24,416 nt of DNA from an uncultured virus (IMG/VR IMGVR_UViG_3300020048_000030) (IMGVR_UViG_3300020048_000030); one strand, 5' to 3'; positions 1 through 9,046 are shown, numbered from the stretch's first letter. Program-made: numbers and translations. Notes: a model not told the origin generated them from the letters alone.

Positions 1-339
1 ATAAGCAATATTGTTATCAACTTGTTCTGCAACATATTCTGAATATTTAATACTATTATCTACATATTCTGATAACATTTCAAAATTTTGTAAGTTTGTT
101 TCAGTATTTTCTGCAATATATTCAGCATAATCAATAGATTTATCAAGATGTTCAGCTAAATATTCTGAATATTTAATAGTTTTATCTACATTTTCAGCAA
201 CATATTCAGTAAAATCAATTGATTTACTTAAATTTTCAGAAATATATTCAGCATAATCAATGTTTTTGTCCACTTTTTCTGCTAAGTAATTAGAATAATT
301 AATAGATTTTTCAAGAGTTTCTGCTAAATAATCACTATG
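1..339 (-). repeat. Tandem 42-nt/14-aa repeat (consensus YxEY[LIV]AExxDKxIx) in the protease C-terminal extension
   Basis: HSDYLAETLEKSIN/YSNYLAEKVDKNID/YAEYISENLSKSID/FTEYVAENVDKTIK/YSEYLAEHLDKSID/YAEYIAENTETNLQ/NFEMLSEYVDNSIK/YSEYVAEQVDNNIA; at least 8 units, truncated by the window edge. Confidence 0.9.
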
Positions 340-1206
340 TTTAACAAGATTTTCTGATTGTGATTTCAATGTTTGATTTTCATTTACTAAAATTTGAACA
401 TTATCTGCTAGATAATCTAAATATTTAGTCATTTTACTGTAATTTTCCATAAGAATTTCATATTGTTCTTGTAACTTTACTAATTCTTCTGGATTCTTCC
501 CATCTTTAATATTTTGCATTAGTTCTTCTTTAATTTTAGAAGTTTCATTTGCCAAATATTCTGTATATTCAGTCATTTGTGACTGTGTTACTTTGTCATT
601 TTTATTCATATCGAATAATTCATTAATTTTTGACTCATTGGACATATCTACTATCCTTAAGTTTACTGATTCATTGAATCCTAAAGATTCATTAATAACA
701 TTTAAATTCATTTTTGCTGATGCAAATCCAGGATCTGCCACAGCATCATAAGTGAATAATTTCTTAACTGTAACAGTACCATCTGATTCTGTAACACCAG
801 CAGCTCTTGAAGATACAAATAAAGGACAACCATCTAATACTAATTCTTTTGCAGTCTTACCATTAGGTGTGTTCAATAATCTTATTGATCCATCAATTCT
901 GTTTTTTGATTCATTATAAGTAGCAGACTGTATTAAGTGTGATACTCTTGTTAATGATGTGTCAAAAACATCAGGATGGTCAAATTCTCCATAAACTACA
1001 CCTAATGACTTAATCCTACCTTGCATTTCATACAAATGTGGTAAGAATCTATCTTTGGTGTAAATTCTTTCATTTCTATTTTTAATATCAAATTCAGTAA
1101 AAATACCAGAAAGAATAAATTTGTCTCGTTTAATTTCAGATGCACCTTCATTTAACATTAATCCACTAAGATTACTTTCCATGATAAGTACGGGTTTCAT
1201 TTCCAT
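1..1206 (-). CDS. gp21: T4 gp21-like prohead protease fused to a scaffold-like 14-aa repeat region (3' end runs off window; missing from ORF track)
   Basis: Manual translation from ATG at 1206 (alternative 1200): MEMKPVLIMESNLSGLMLNEG...KNRNERIY...GEFDHP...RVSH...LLNTPNGK...VSSRAAG...YDAVADPGF. These match gp21 motifs (NRN.R.Y, GE.(N/D)HP, VSSR..G, D.V.DP). The frame is open to position 1. Confidence 0.92.
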   Translation of the reverse strand, partial: MEMKPVLIMESNLSGLMLNEGASEIKRDKFILSGIFTEFDIKNRNERIYTKDRFLPHLYEMQGRIKSLGVVYGEFDHPDVFDTSLTRVSHLIQSATYNESKNRIDGSIRLLNTPNGKTAKELVLDGCPLFVSSRAAGVTESDGTVTVKKLFTYDAVADPGFASAKMNLNVINESLGFNESVNLRIVDMSNESKINELFDMNKNDKVTQSQMTEYTEYLANETSKIKEELMQNIKDGKNPEELVKLQEQYEILMENYSKMTKYLDYLADNVQILVNENQTLKSQSENLVKHSDYLAETLEKSINYSNYLAEKVDKNIDYAEYISENLSKSIDFTEYVAENVDKTIKYSEYLAEHLDKSIDYAEYIAENTETNLQNFEMLSEYVDNSIKYSEYVAEQVDNNIAY

Positions 1207-1238
1207 TATGTGTAAAATTATTTTTATTTTATTTATCT

Positions 1239-1270
1239 TATATATTTAAACAGAAATGTCACTTTTTTCC
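1239..1270 (-). promoter_or_regulatory. Putative extended late promoter GGAAAAAAGTGACATTT-N6-AAATATATA upstream of the protease gene
   Basis: The same bipartite motif with identical spacing occurs at 17427-17458. The ATATATA core recurs upstream of about 10 minus-strand genes. Confidence 0.65.
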
Positions 1271-1325
1271 ATTTTTGTAAATAGAATAAGGGTATTATAA
1301 TGTAGTAGTAATCAATGTTTTACAA

Positions 1326-1381
1326 ATTAAAATAAATAAAAAAGGGAAATTCTATAATTTCCCTTTTTTATTTATTTTAAT
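1326..1381. terminator. Intrinsic terminator, 26-bp perfect inverted repeat with CTAT loop, after the peptidase gene
   Basis: attaaaataaataaaaaagggaaatt-ctat-aatttcccttttttatttattttaat; A/T tracts on both sides; overlaps the peptidase stop codon. Confidence 0.85.
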
Positions 1382-3434
1382 GTTTTTCATAATATTTTTT
1401 GATTTCATGTTCAAATTCAGAACAAAAATTTACAAATTTATCTGGATAACTTTTAAATATTGTTTTATCAGATCTTTTATAATCAATACTACTTAATTCA
1501 TCCAATATCATTTTAGTTAATGATGGTCTAACTTTTGGTGCATCATTAATTTCAAAATCTTTAAATATTAATTTCACTAATTCTGGTTCATTATCAACTA
1601 ATTTTCCAAATAATTGATATTGGTCTTGGTGAAATCTACTTGTATTAATTTGAAAATCTTCTAATGTTCCTAAAAATCCACTACCAGAATTTATTTTAAT
1701 TTTATTTTTAGAATCACTACCATATTTTAATAATGATTCCATATTTGTCCAATAATCATATATCCATTCAGTATATTCATCTGGATTTATTTCAGTACCA
1801 TGTACACCATAATTAACTTTATAACCTAATTTTTTAAAACCATGATCAATTTTTAACCACAATTCACTTTTAAGTGTTTTAGTATTATTAGTTTTCATAT
1901 CATCCATTACTGATTTAAGTAAGTCTAAATCATATGATGATAAATCTTTAAATGCCTTTTGTTGTTCTTCAGTATAATTAAATTCACTTTTAGATATTTC
2001 TTTTTTAACTGATTTATTTTTATTAATCTTATCTAATTGTTTTTCTAATATATTAAGTTGTTTAGCCAAATCATTAGAATCTTCTTCATCATATGTTTGG
2101 TCTAATTGATATTTAACTTCACTTATTTTCTTTATTAATTCTTCTTCTGACATAGTATTTTGTGTATTATCTGACTCTATATCATTTGGATTTATACCTG
2201 TCATTAAATGTTTTTTAAAATTATCAAAATCACCTATATTAGTATATTTTTTTAATGTATCATCATCACTTAAATAAATATCAAAATCAATAATTCTTAA
2301 TCCAAAAAAATCATCATAATCAACATTACTAAAATAGATTTCTACTGTTTCTTTAAAATCATCAGGATTTAAACATTCATAATTCATATCAGTCAATAAT
2401 TCTTGAACAAGTACAAATAATTCTTCCATTGTATCATATTCAGATTTTTTCTTATTAGTATAGTGTTGTTTATAAACAGTATTTCTTTTAGCATTACTAT
2501 ATCCCCTATCCCATACATCCCAATCTTGTTCATAGCTAAATCTACCAATACTTTTACTTACTAAAGTTGGATCTCTTTTAACTGGTAATTTTTCCCAATC
2601 TATATTAATAGCAGCATTTACTAATTTTTCCAAGTGTACAATATCTTGTTCTTCGTTAAAAGTGTGTTCTGCTTTATAACCCATTGATATATTAGTACAT
2701 TCAGGTATAGTTTCCATAAATACGCCTGAATCACACCACATACCAGTTGGATCATTTCTATAATCCATTCCATTTTTTTTAAATTCACTAATCAAAGCAT
2801 TAACAAATTCACTTGAACAACATTCTGAATACATCTGTTCAGATATTATTGAAGTATTTGCTTTTCTATCAAATGCAACACATTTATCATAATCTTTAAA
2901 AAAGTCACCCCTTGATTTTAATGCTTGTTTAGAACCCCATGTTCCAGATGGTGATGTAACGCCTTCTTCACCTCTGAAAAAATAATATAACCCAGGTATA
3001 TTTGCTTCCATCATTTTTATCATAACTACTATACCTGCTTTATCATCACCACCTAATGTTGTTGTTCCATCAGTCTTAATTATATCACCATCAATTACAT
3101 GCCAAACTCTTTTATATTCTCTACAATAAGTATCTAAATGACCACAAAACATAGTCTTACTAGTACCTACTTTTTTATAATAATTACCATGTCCATCAAT
3201 TTCCATATTTGGAAAAAATTCAACCAAGGTTTTTTCATAATTAAATGGAATTTGCATTTTAGTTAAATTCAGAAATAATTGTTTAACACTACCATCCATT
3301 GTATAATCAATATTATCAACTTTTTCAACATCTTTATTCTTATTACCTTTTACTATTGGATAATTTTGTGTTTTTTCTCGTGTTCTAATTTCCCTTTTTT
3401 TATTTCTTCTTCTTTCATTTAATTCTTCATACAT
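1377..3434 (-). CDS. M28/M20-clan zinc metallopeptidase with long acidic C-terminal extension
   Basis: Metal-ligand motifs CGHLDT, LGGDDKAG, FFRGEE, AFDRK and NISMGY..EH in the first ~285 aa; the remaining ~400 aa are unrecognised and include a coiled coil. Confidence 0.8.
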   Translation of the reverse strand: MYEELNERRRNKKREIRTREKTQNYPIVKGNKNKDVEKVDNIDYTMDGSVKQLFLNLTKMQIPFNYEKTLVEFFPNMEIDGHGNYYKKVGTSKTMFCGHLDTYCREYKRVWHVIDGDIIKTDGTTTLGGDDKAGIVVMIKMMEANIPGLYYFFRGEEGVTSPSGTWGSKQALKSRGDFFKDYDKCVAFDRKANTSIISEQMYSECCSSEFVNALISEFKKNGMDYRNDPTGMWCDSGVFMETIPECTNISMGYKAEHTFNEEQDIVHLEKLVNAAINIDWEKLPVKRDPTLVSKSIGRFSYEQDWDVWDRGYSNAKRNTVYKQHYTNKKKSEYDTMEELFVLVQELLTDMNYECLNPDDFKETVEIYFSNVDYDDFFGLRIIDFDIYLSDDDTLKKYTNIGDFDNFKKHLMTGINPNDIESDNTQNTMSEEELIKKISEVKYQLDQTYDEEDSNDLAKQLNILEKQLDKINKNKSVKKEISKSEFNYTEEQQKAFKDLSSYDLDLLKSVMDDMKTNNTKTLKSELWLKIDHGFKKLGYKVNYGVHGTEINPDEYTEWIYDYWTNMESLLKYGSDSKNKIKINSGSGFLGTLEDFQINTSRFHQDQYQLFGKLVDNEPELVKLIFKDFEINDAPKVRPSLTKMILDELSSIDYKRSDKTIFKSYPDKFVNFCSEFEHEIKKYYEKH

Positions 3435-3460
3435 AATTCTAATTATTATTTTTGTATCTT

Positions 3461-3469
3461 TATATATAA
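3461..3469 (-). promoter_or_regulatory. Putative late promoter core TTATATATA
   Basis: 26 nt upstream of the peptidase ATG; the context ctttatatataaaataaaaa is identical to that at 24290-24309. Confidence 0.6.
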
Positions 3470-3487
3470 AATAAAAAAATATTAATA

Positions 3488-3519
3488 TTTGTTTTAAAAA
3501 TAAATTATTAGTATATTTG
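3488..3519 (+). promoter_or_regulatory. Bacteroidota-type housekeeping promoter (-33 TTTG, -7 TATATTTG)
   Basis: TTTG at 3488-3491, 20-nt spacer, TATATTTG at 3512-3519, ATG at 3539; fits the TTTG-N19-21-TAnnTTTG consensus. Confidence 0.7.
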
Positions 3520-3538
3520 TAAAAATAAATTTTGATAT

Positions 3539-4393
3539 ATGAAAGATTACAAAAAATTTTTATTAGAAAAATTAATTGATGACACCCTTCATTATTCTTG
3601 TTATGATTGGGATGACAATATACTTGTTATGCCAACTGTTATTCATGTAGAACATTTAGAAAATGGTGAATGGATACCTAAAGATATATCAACTGCTAAG
3701 TTTGCTGAAATAAGAAGTGAAATTTTCAAAAACACTGATGGTGAAGATTCATCTTGGAAATTAAGAAATGATAATTATAAAGATACATATTGTGAATTTA
3801 GAGATTATGGTCCAAGAGGTGAAATTGCATTTGTGGAAGATATGATAAATGCAATAAAAACAAATAGTTTTGGACCAGTATGGGATAAATTCATACAATG
3901 CATAGTTGATGGTCACGTATTTATGATTATTACTGCAAGAGGACATGAACCACAAACAATAAGAAATGGTATTAATTGGATTATTTTTAATTATCTTAAA
4001 CCAAAACAAAAGGAAGAAATGGAAAAAAATCTAAGAGAATTCAATGTATTATTTGGTTGGGATGATAAAACTTGGTCTTTTAAAGATTTAATAAATCATT
4101 ACTTAGATATGTGTGATTTTGTTGGAATTTATTCAAGTTATTTTTCTAAAAAATTTGGTACAGAAGGACAATCTGCAAAACCAGAAAAATATAAAGCAAT
4201 GGCAATTAGATCATTTACTGAAAAAATAAGTGATTTTGGAAAACAAATTAATAAAAAAGTTAAAGTTGGGTTTTCTGATGATGATTTATCTACTGTTCAA
4301 CATATTCATAAATATTTAAGAGATGAGTTATCTTTGGATTTTGATCTAGATTATTCAGTATATCACACAAAAGATGGTGTAGTAAAATTATAA
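3539..4393 (+). CDS. HAD-superfamily-like phosphatase/hydrolase with capsid-targeting-like leader
   Basis: Motif I-like YDWDDNIL, motif II-like IITARGH, conserved K (PEKYK), motif IV-like GFSDDD; N-terminus MKDYKKFLLE. Confidence 0.6.
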   Translation: MKDYKKFLLEKLIDDTLHYSCYDWDDNILVMPTVIHVEHLENGEWIPKDISTAKFAEIRSEIFKNTDGEDSSWKLRNDNYKDTYCEFRDYGPRGEIAFVEDMINAIKTNSFGPVWDKFIQCIVDGHVFMIITARGHEPQTIRNGINWIIFNYLKPKQKEEMEKNLREFNVLFGWDDKTWSFKDLINHYLDMCDFVGIYSSYFSKKFGTEGQSAKPEKYKAMAIRSFTEKISDFGKQINKKVKVGFSDDDLSTVQHIHKYLRDELSLDFDLDYSVYHTKDGVVKL

Positions 4394-4396
4394 AGA

Positions 4397-4424
4397 AAAA
4401 GTCTGAATTATAATTCAGACTTTT
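4397..4424. terminator. Bidirectional intrinsic terminator (perfect 28-nt palindrome) between convergent genes
   Basis: aaaagtctgaattataattcagactttt equals its own reverse complement. Confidence 0.85.
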
Positions 4425-4569
4425 GTTTTTCTATTCCTAAGATATGTTCTTCTATCCAATCTATACTATATAATGGTTGTCCGTCTTCATCTAAAATATT
4501 CATAAGTTGTTCTGCAACTTCCATTCTATTTTTATCACTACAATTACTACAATTACAATTATTTTCCAT
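4408..4569 (-). CDS. 53-aa mini-protein resembling the portal C-terminal (crown) segment
   Basis: MENNCNCSNCSDKNRMEVAEQLMNILDEDGQPLYSIDWIEEHILGIEKQKSEL; fills the gap between the portal stop and the terminator; aligns by eye with portal KRATIASTLTSNLQNAEGESWLATEWIIRNIM. Confidence 0.7.
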   Translation of the reverse strand: MENNCNCSNCSDKNRMEVAEQLMNILDEDGQPLYSIDWIEEHILGIEKQKSEL

Positions 4570-4597
4570 ATCTTTATTTAATTATTTTTTTTAATTT

Positions 4598-6343
4598 TTA
4601 TTGTGCTGGTGCTTGAGCCTGTGGGGGGGTTTGAGCCTGTGGAGGAGTTTCTTCACCGCCACCTTGTGCAGGAGCTTCACCACCAAAACCACCTTCTTCA
4701 CCACCGCCTTCACCACCTTCATTAAAAAATGGTGCACCAGGCCCAGTTGGCATTCCACCACCCCCACCTTCACCTTCTTGACTACCTTCTTCACCAGTTG
4801 GTGTTCCAGCAAGTGCTGCTTTTTCTTTAAGTTTATATCTTTCATTTTCTGCAATATCTTCATCTGTAAATTTCATGATATTTCTTATAATCCATTCAGT
4901 TGCTAACCAAGATTCACCTTCTGCATTTTGTAAATTACTAGTTAAAGTAGATGCAATTGTTGCTCTTTTTTCTAAATTACCTAAGTGTTTCCATTCTTCA
5001 AATAATTCATTTGAATTAAAATCTACATTAAGTTCTTTAATAAAATTATGATCTTGCATTAATTCAGGGAAATCTCTCATCATTTGAATTTTAAGAGGTT
5101 TAACCATCAATTCTCTAAATACTGTTCTTATTCTTCTTATAAAATTATGAAATTTCATTTCATCTCTAGTTAATTCAGCAGCATCAGTATAAATATTACC
5201 ACCACCTTGTTCTTTTTCAAATCTTGAAAATGGCATACGTGATGATCTTTTAAGATTATTCATAAACCAATTAAGAATTTGATCTTCATTTAAATCATTT
5301 CCTTGTGGTGTTTCTATTGATACATCTGGTTGTCCACCTTCAGAAGATGAGGGAAACCAAAAATCTTTACTATGTGGCATCTGTGATGAACCATTAATAG
5401 ACATTGTTCCTAAATTATCATCCCATGTGATTTCTTCATGATATTCAGACATTAATTGATAAATCTGTTGTTCTGCTTGTTGTCTAGATAAACCACCAAC
5501 TGGAATAACAAATTTTTTATAAACTGCTGCTTGATTAATATTATAAATTAATTTAGTTTGTTCAACTAATTTAACTTGATTATATGGTCTAATAAGTGGT
5601 TCAACATAAGATGTTTCACCATAATCCATATTATTACCATAAGATATATAGATAATCTGCGCATCAAGTAAAACTCTTCTTAATTTTGCATCATCTGGAT
5701 ATTGTATCCAAACTATTGTTCCTGATTCTGGATCAGTTGCTGGTACTAAAGTAATTGGATCTAATTTTATTATATCGGTAATATTTCTTTGCTTTTTATC
5801 ATAAACAATTTCATATGCAATAAAACCATCTATTAATAAATCCCTCATCATATACCACGCTTTAATACCATCATTAAATCCAAAAGTATTGTATAATCTA
5901 TCAAAATTTTCATGTACCTTCTTCCTTATAACATCATCAAATTCTTCTGGTAAATCTTTAGCAAAACAAAATTTATTTGCATCATCAAAAATAACACATT
6001 CATCAGCTATTTGATTTACAAAATCCCTAATTTCATCTTTAATAGAATATTGTCTTAATATTTTTCTTTTATCAAAATATGACCTATCTAAATATGCAAT
6101 AGATTTCTTATCTAAAATCTTAGATATTACTTTTTTAGTAAATAAATCATACATATATGGTCCTTGTACTACATTGGCCATATTAGAATATGAATCAGGA
6201 TCATCATTCGCGCCAATAGCGAAAGATTGTTGTATTGATGATATATCATATGATAAACCATAATTACTTATTTTTCTTAACATTTTACTAAAATATCCAG
6301 TATTAGTCAAATTTGAACCACCTTGTTGAGTGTAACCAGCCAT
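4598..6343 (-). CDS. gp20: T4 gp20-like portal vertex protein
   Basis: Motifs I..IADECVI, RDLLIDG, SYVEPLIRPYNQVKLVE...IY, F.IPVGGL...AEQ, DFWFP, I.TP.G, L.RSSRMPFSRF, LTRDEMKF..FI.R.R..F and N.LFEE.K; 581 aa with a G/E/P/Q-rich tail. Confidence 0.93.
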   Translation of the reverse strand: MAGYTQQGGSNLTNTGYFSKMLRKISNYGLSYDISSIQQSFAIGANDDPDSYSNMANVVQGPYMYDLFTKKVISKILDKKSIAYLDRSYFDKRKILRQYSIKDEIRDFVNQIADECVIFDDANKFCFAKDLPEEFDDVIRKKVHENFDRLYNTFGFNDGIKAWYMMRDLLIDGFIAYEIVYDKKQRNITDIIKLDPITLVPATDPESGTIVWIQYPDDAKLRRVLLDAQIIYISYGNNMDYGETSYVEPLIRPYNQVKLVEQTKLIYNINQAAVYKKFVIPVGGLSRQQAEQQIYQLMSEYHEEITWDDNLGTMSINGSSQMPHSKDFWFPSSSEGGQPDVSIETPQGNDLNEDQILNWFMNNLKRSSRMPFSRFEKEQGGGNIYTDAAELTRDEMKFHNFIRRIRTVFRELMVKPLKIQMMRDFPELMQDHNFIKELNVDFNSNELFEEWKHLGNLEKRATIASTLTSNLQNAEGESWLATEWIIRNIMKFTDEDIAENERYKLKEKAALAGTPTGEEGSQEGEGGGGGMPTGPGAPFFNEGGEGGGEEGGFGGEAPAQGGGEETPPQAQTPPQAQAPAQ

Positions 6344-6364
6344 TTATTGTTTTAATTTTTTTAT

Positions 6365-6373
6365 TATATATAA
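6365..6373 (-). promoter_or_regulatory. Putative late promoter core TTATATATA
   Basis: 21 nt upstream of the portal ATG. Confidence 0.6.
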
Positions 6374-6385
6374 AAGATTCTATAC

Positions 6386-7123
6386 TCAATCTTTAAATAA
6401 TTTGTAATTAGACTCTAAATTTTTTAATTTTTTATAATAATCTTTAATATCTTCTTCATAAGTTTCATGTATTTCAGATAATTCTTCTACTAATTTTTCT
6501 ATTCTTTCCCTCTCTTTTGTACCTTTTTCATATTTATCCATTAATATTTTCATAAGTGCAACATTTAATGGTCTCATATGTATGTGAATTGTTAAATACA
6601 TTAAATTAGTTGATATCCCAAATAATTCAGTTATTTTTGTTATATCAAATGCAGAAATTGCATAATGATAACCACCATTACTTTGTAATGTTTTATATAT
6701 CTGTTCGAAATTTACTGGTAATGGTTTTTCTTCCATAAAATTTGGTGCATCTCCATTAAAATCAAATAATTCTTTAAAAACTACATTAAGTTGATTAAAA
6801 TATAAAGATTTATAATCAAATGGTAAATAATCTAAATTAATTGCATACATAACATGTTTACCACTTTCTTTAATTCTGTAATCAATAGTAAAAATAGGAC
6901 AATATAATTTGTTTTCATTGAAATTATAATTTATAAGATAAAATTTTCCTACTTGTATTTTATTATGGGGTACATTCATAAACCAATCAGTAGGTTCTCT
7001 TCTCATTAAAAATACTTCCTTATTAGATGCATTTATTAATGAAACTAAATCATTACCAAATTGACTACGTAATGCCCTTACATAATAATCAAAAGGATGT
7101 CCTTGTTCAGTAATAAGTGCCAT
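6386..7123 (-). CDS. gp2: T4 gp2-like DNA end protector protein
   Basis: GKFYLINY...PIF...MYAINLDYLP resembles gp2 (G..Y...Y...P.I...YGLNLHY.P); lies near gp4 as in T4-like phages. Confidence 0.65.
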   Translation of the reverse strand: MALITEQGHPFDYYVRALRSQFGNDLVSLINASNKEVFLMRREPTDWFMNVPHNKIQVGKFYLINYNFNENKLYCPIFTIDYRIKESGKHVMYAINLDYLPFDYKSLYFNQLNVVFKELFDFNGDAPNFMEEKPLPVNFEQIYKTLQSNGGYHYAISAFDITKITELFGISTNLMYLTIHIHMRPLNVALMKILMDKYEKGTKERERIEKLVEELSEIHETYEEDIKDYYKKLKNLESNYKLFKD

Positions 7124-8505
7124 TAGTTATTTCTTTTATTTTTCATATGTGAACATATTTCATCTAACCAACCATTTCTATATGCCGCACAAACTAATGC
7201 GTTATTCTTAATTCTAAGTTCACTCTTTGAATTGTATTTTAATGATTCTTCATGACATTTTTCTTTAGTCCAATAATTTCTTGGTTTTTGTGTAGGTATT
7301 ATATGTGAACAAACTTCATCTAACCAACCATTTTTACGTGAAGATTCATATGCTCCTTTTGATGAATTTTCAAATTCATGTCTACTTTTATATTTTAATG
7401 CTTCTTTTTTACATTTTTCATATGTCCATCTTAATGGACCACCAATTGCACCGGTTTTTGCTTTATTTAATACACACCAACCTTCACTGTTATATTTTTC
7501 AACATAATACCCTTCTAACTTAATTGCGTCATTAACATTAATATATTCAGTTAATTGTTTTCTGATTGGTTTTAATTTGGATTCTTTTATGTGTTTTGTA
7601 ACTTGATCATTATCACAATTATCTCTATCTTTTTGTCTTTTTTCTAAATTATATGTTAAACCAACATAAACTGAATTATCAGAAAATTCATAACAATAAA
7701 TACATCTTTTAGTATTATTATTTTGTATTATCATATGTGAACATATTTCATCTAACCATCCATTTTTAAGTGCACTATTATATGTGCTACTATTATTTTT
7801 CTGAAATTCACTTCTTGTTTTACATTTTAATGCTTCTTCTTTGCATAGTTCTTTAGTCCAATAACCATTTGGTTTTTGTAAAATTATCATATGATTACAA
7901 ATTTCATCTAACCAACCATTTCTGTGAGCAGCAGAATAAATATTACTAGAATTTTTACTAAATTCTGTTCTGTTAATATATTTTAATGCTTCTTCTTGAC
8001 ATCTTTTTTTAGTCCAATAATTATTTGGTTTATGTAAAAGTATCATATGATTACAAATTTCATCTAACCAACCATTTATTCTTGATATTTTATATACACT
8101 TGCATTATTTTTCTGAAATTCACTTCTTGTATTGTATTTTAGTGTTTCTTCTTGACATTTTTCTTTAGTCCAATAACCAGTTGGTTTTTGTGTAGGTATC
8201 ATATGAGAACATATTTCATCTAACCAACCATTTTTATTAGATATAACATGTACACTTGCATTATTTATCCACAATTCATTTCTTGTTTGATATTTTAATG
8301 ATTCTTCATGACATTTTTCTTTAGTCCAATAACCATTTGGTTTTATTAAATTTATCATATGACTACATATATCAATCATCCAACCATTTCGTATAGCTGA
8401 TTTGATACATCCTTTAGCATTTTTTCTAAATTCTTTTTTTGTTTGATATTTTAACGCTTCTTCCTTACATTTTTCATAAGTCCAATAATTTCTAGATTTT
8501 ACCAT
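7123..8505 (-). CDS. Free-standing GIY-YIG homing-endonuclease-like protein with seven ~52-aa helical repeats
   Basis: Central CIYCYEFSDNSVYVGLT...KR...E..YVEKY...LN catalytic domain; five N-terminal and two C-terminal WTKEKCxEEALKYxxRxEF...GWLDEICSHM repeats; wedged between gp4 and gp2 with near-zero spacing. Confidence 0.8.
   Translation of the reverse strand: MVKSRNYWTYEKCKEEALKYQTKKEFRKNAKGCIKSAIRNGWMIDICSHMINLIKPNGYWTKEKCHEESLKYQTRNELWINNASVHVISNKNGWLDEICSHMIPTQKPTGYWTKEKCQEETLKYNTRSEFQKNNASVYKISRINGWLDEICNHMILLHKPNNYWTKKRCQEEALKYINRTEFSKNSSNIYSAAHRNGWLDEICNHMIILQKPNGYWTKELCKEEALKCKTRSEFQKNNSSTYNSALKNGWLDEICSHMIIQNNNTKRCIYCYEFSDNSVYVGLTYNLEKRQKDRDNCDNDQVTKHIKESKLKPIRKQLTEYINVNDAIKLEGYYVEKYNSEGWCVLNKAKTGAIGGPLRWTYEKCKKEALKYKSRHEFENSSKGAYESSRKNGWLDEVCSHIIPTQKPRNYWTKEKCHEESLKYNSKSELRIKNNALVCAAYRNGWLDEICSHMKNKRNN
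7730..8495 (-). repeat. Five tandem 156-nt repeats encoding the WTKEKC...GWLDEICSHM module
   Basis: agtccaataa and atttcatctaacca motifs recur at 156-nt intervals; two further copies at about 7140-7430. Confidence 0.85.
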
Positions 8506-8506
8506 T

Positions 8507-9031
8507 TTAATATTTTTTCTTTTTATAAGAACTTTTAGGTGGAATTAACCCCTCTTTTATTAATCTATCTTCAGTTATAATTACAAATTCTGCTTTATTT
8601 TTAATGCAATATTCATATGCCGAGTTCCACTTCAATTTATTACGAATATGCTGACGAACAGCATATTCGTAGTTTTCCAAAGCTTTTCCCGTTTCATTTA
8701 ATGGTCTAACTGGTGGAACTAATTCTGCGGCTGGTTTTATTTCAACAATAACTGTCTTATAATTAAGTGGATCACCCTCTACTGCCAAGGAGTAAGTAAA
8801 GTCAGGGTAATATCTATGTGTCTTCCCCGCAGTATCTTTATACATTATTATTGGTTGTTCCATTGCCCATTTTTTTATGAGTGGATTTGTATCTAAATAT
8901 CTACAAAATGCAAGTTCCCAAGAACTTCTATATTTTATATCTAGTGGATTACCAATGTATTTATCAGGATTAACAGGATTATATAACCCTTGTTTATAAT
9001 TATCATTCCATTGTGATTTATTACTACTCAT
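8507..9031 (-). CDS. gp4: T4 gp4-like head completion nuclease (TnsA-like PD-(D/E)XK)
   Basis: YKQGLYNPVNPDKYIG.P..I.YRSSWELAFCRYLD.NP.I.KW..E...I.Y......HRYYPDF...IVEIKP is the gp4 signature. Confidence 0.92.
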   Translation of the reverse strand: MSSNKSQWNDNYKQGLYNPVNPDKYIGNPLDIKYRSSWELAFCRYLDTNPLIKKWAMEQPIIMYKDTAGKTHRYYPDFTYSLAVEGDPLNYKTVIVEIKPAAELVPPVRPLNETGKALENYEYAVRQHIRNKLKWNSAYEYCIKNKAEFVIITEDRLIKEGLIPPKSSYKKKKY

Positions 9032-9046
9032 TTTTATTATTATTTT

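Noticed and set aside
1..339. Possible CRISPR array or non-coding tandem repeat
   Set aside because: The 42-nt periodicity is degenerate at third codon positions and in frame: a protein repeat with no repeat-spacer structure. The same holds for the 156-nt repeats at 7140-8495.
3761..4009. 82-aa minus-strand ORF
   Set aside because: Antisense within the HAD-like gene; composition typical of a shadow ORF.
4591..4906. ORFs 4591..4863 (-) and 4601..4906 (+)
   Set aside because: Shadow frames of the GC-richer low-complexity Gly/Glu/Pro tail of the portal gene.
7305..7523. 72-aa plus-strand ORF
   Set aside because: Antisense to the GIY-YIG gene; no independent support.
8507..9031. TnsA of a Tn7-like transposon
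   Set aside because: The N-terminal G.Y.P.NP.KY.G motif and the context identify gp4; no tnsB/C or transposon ends.
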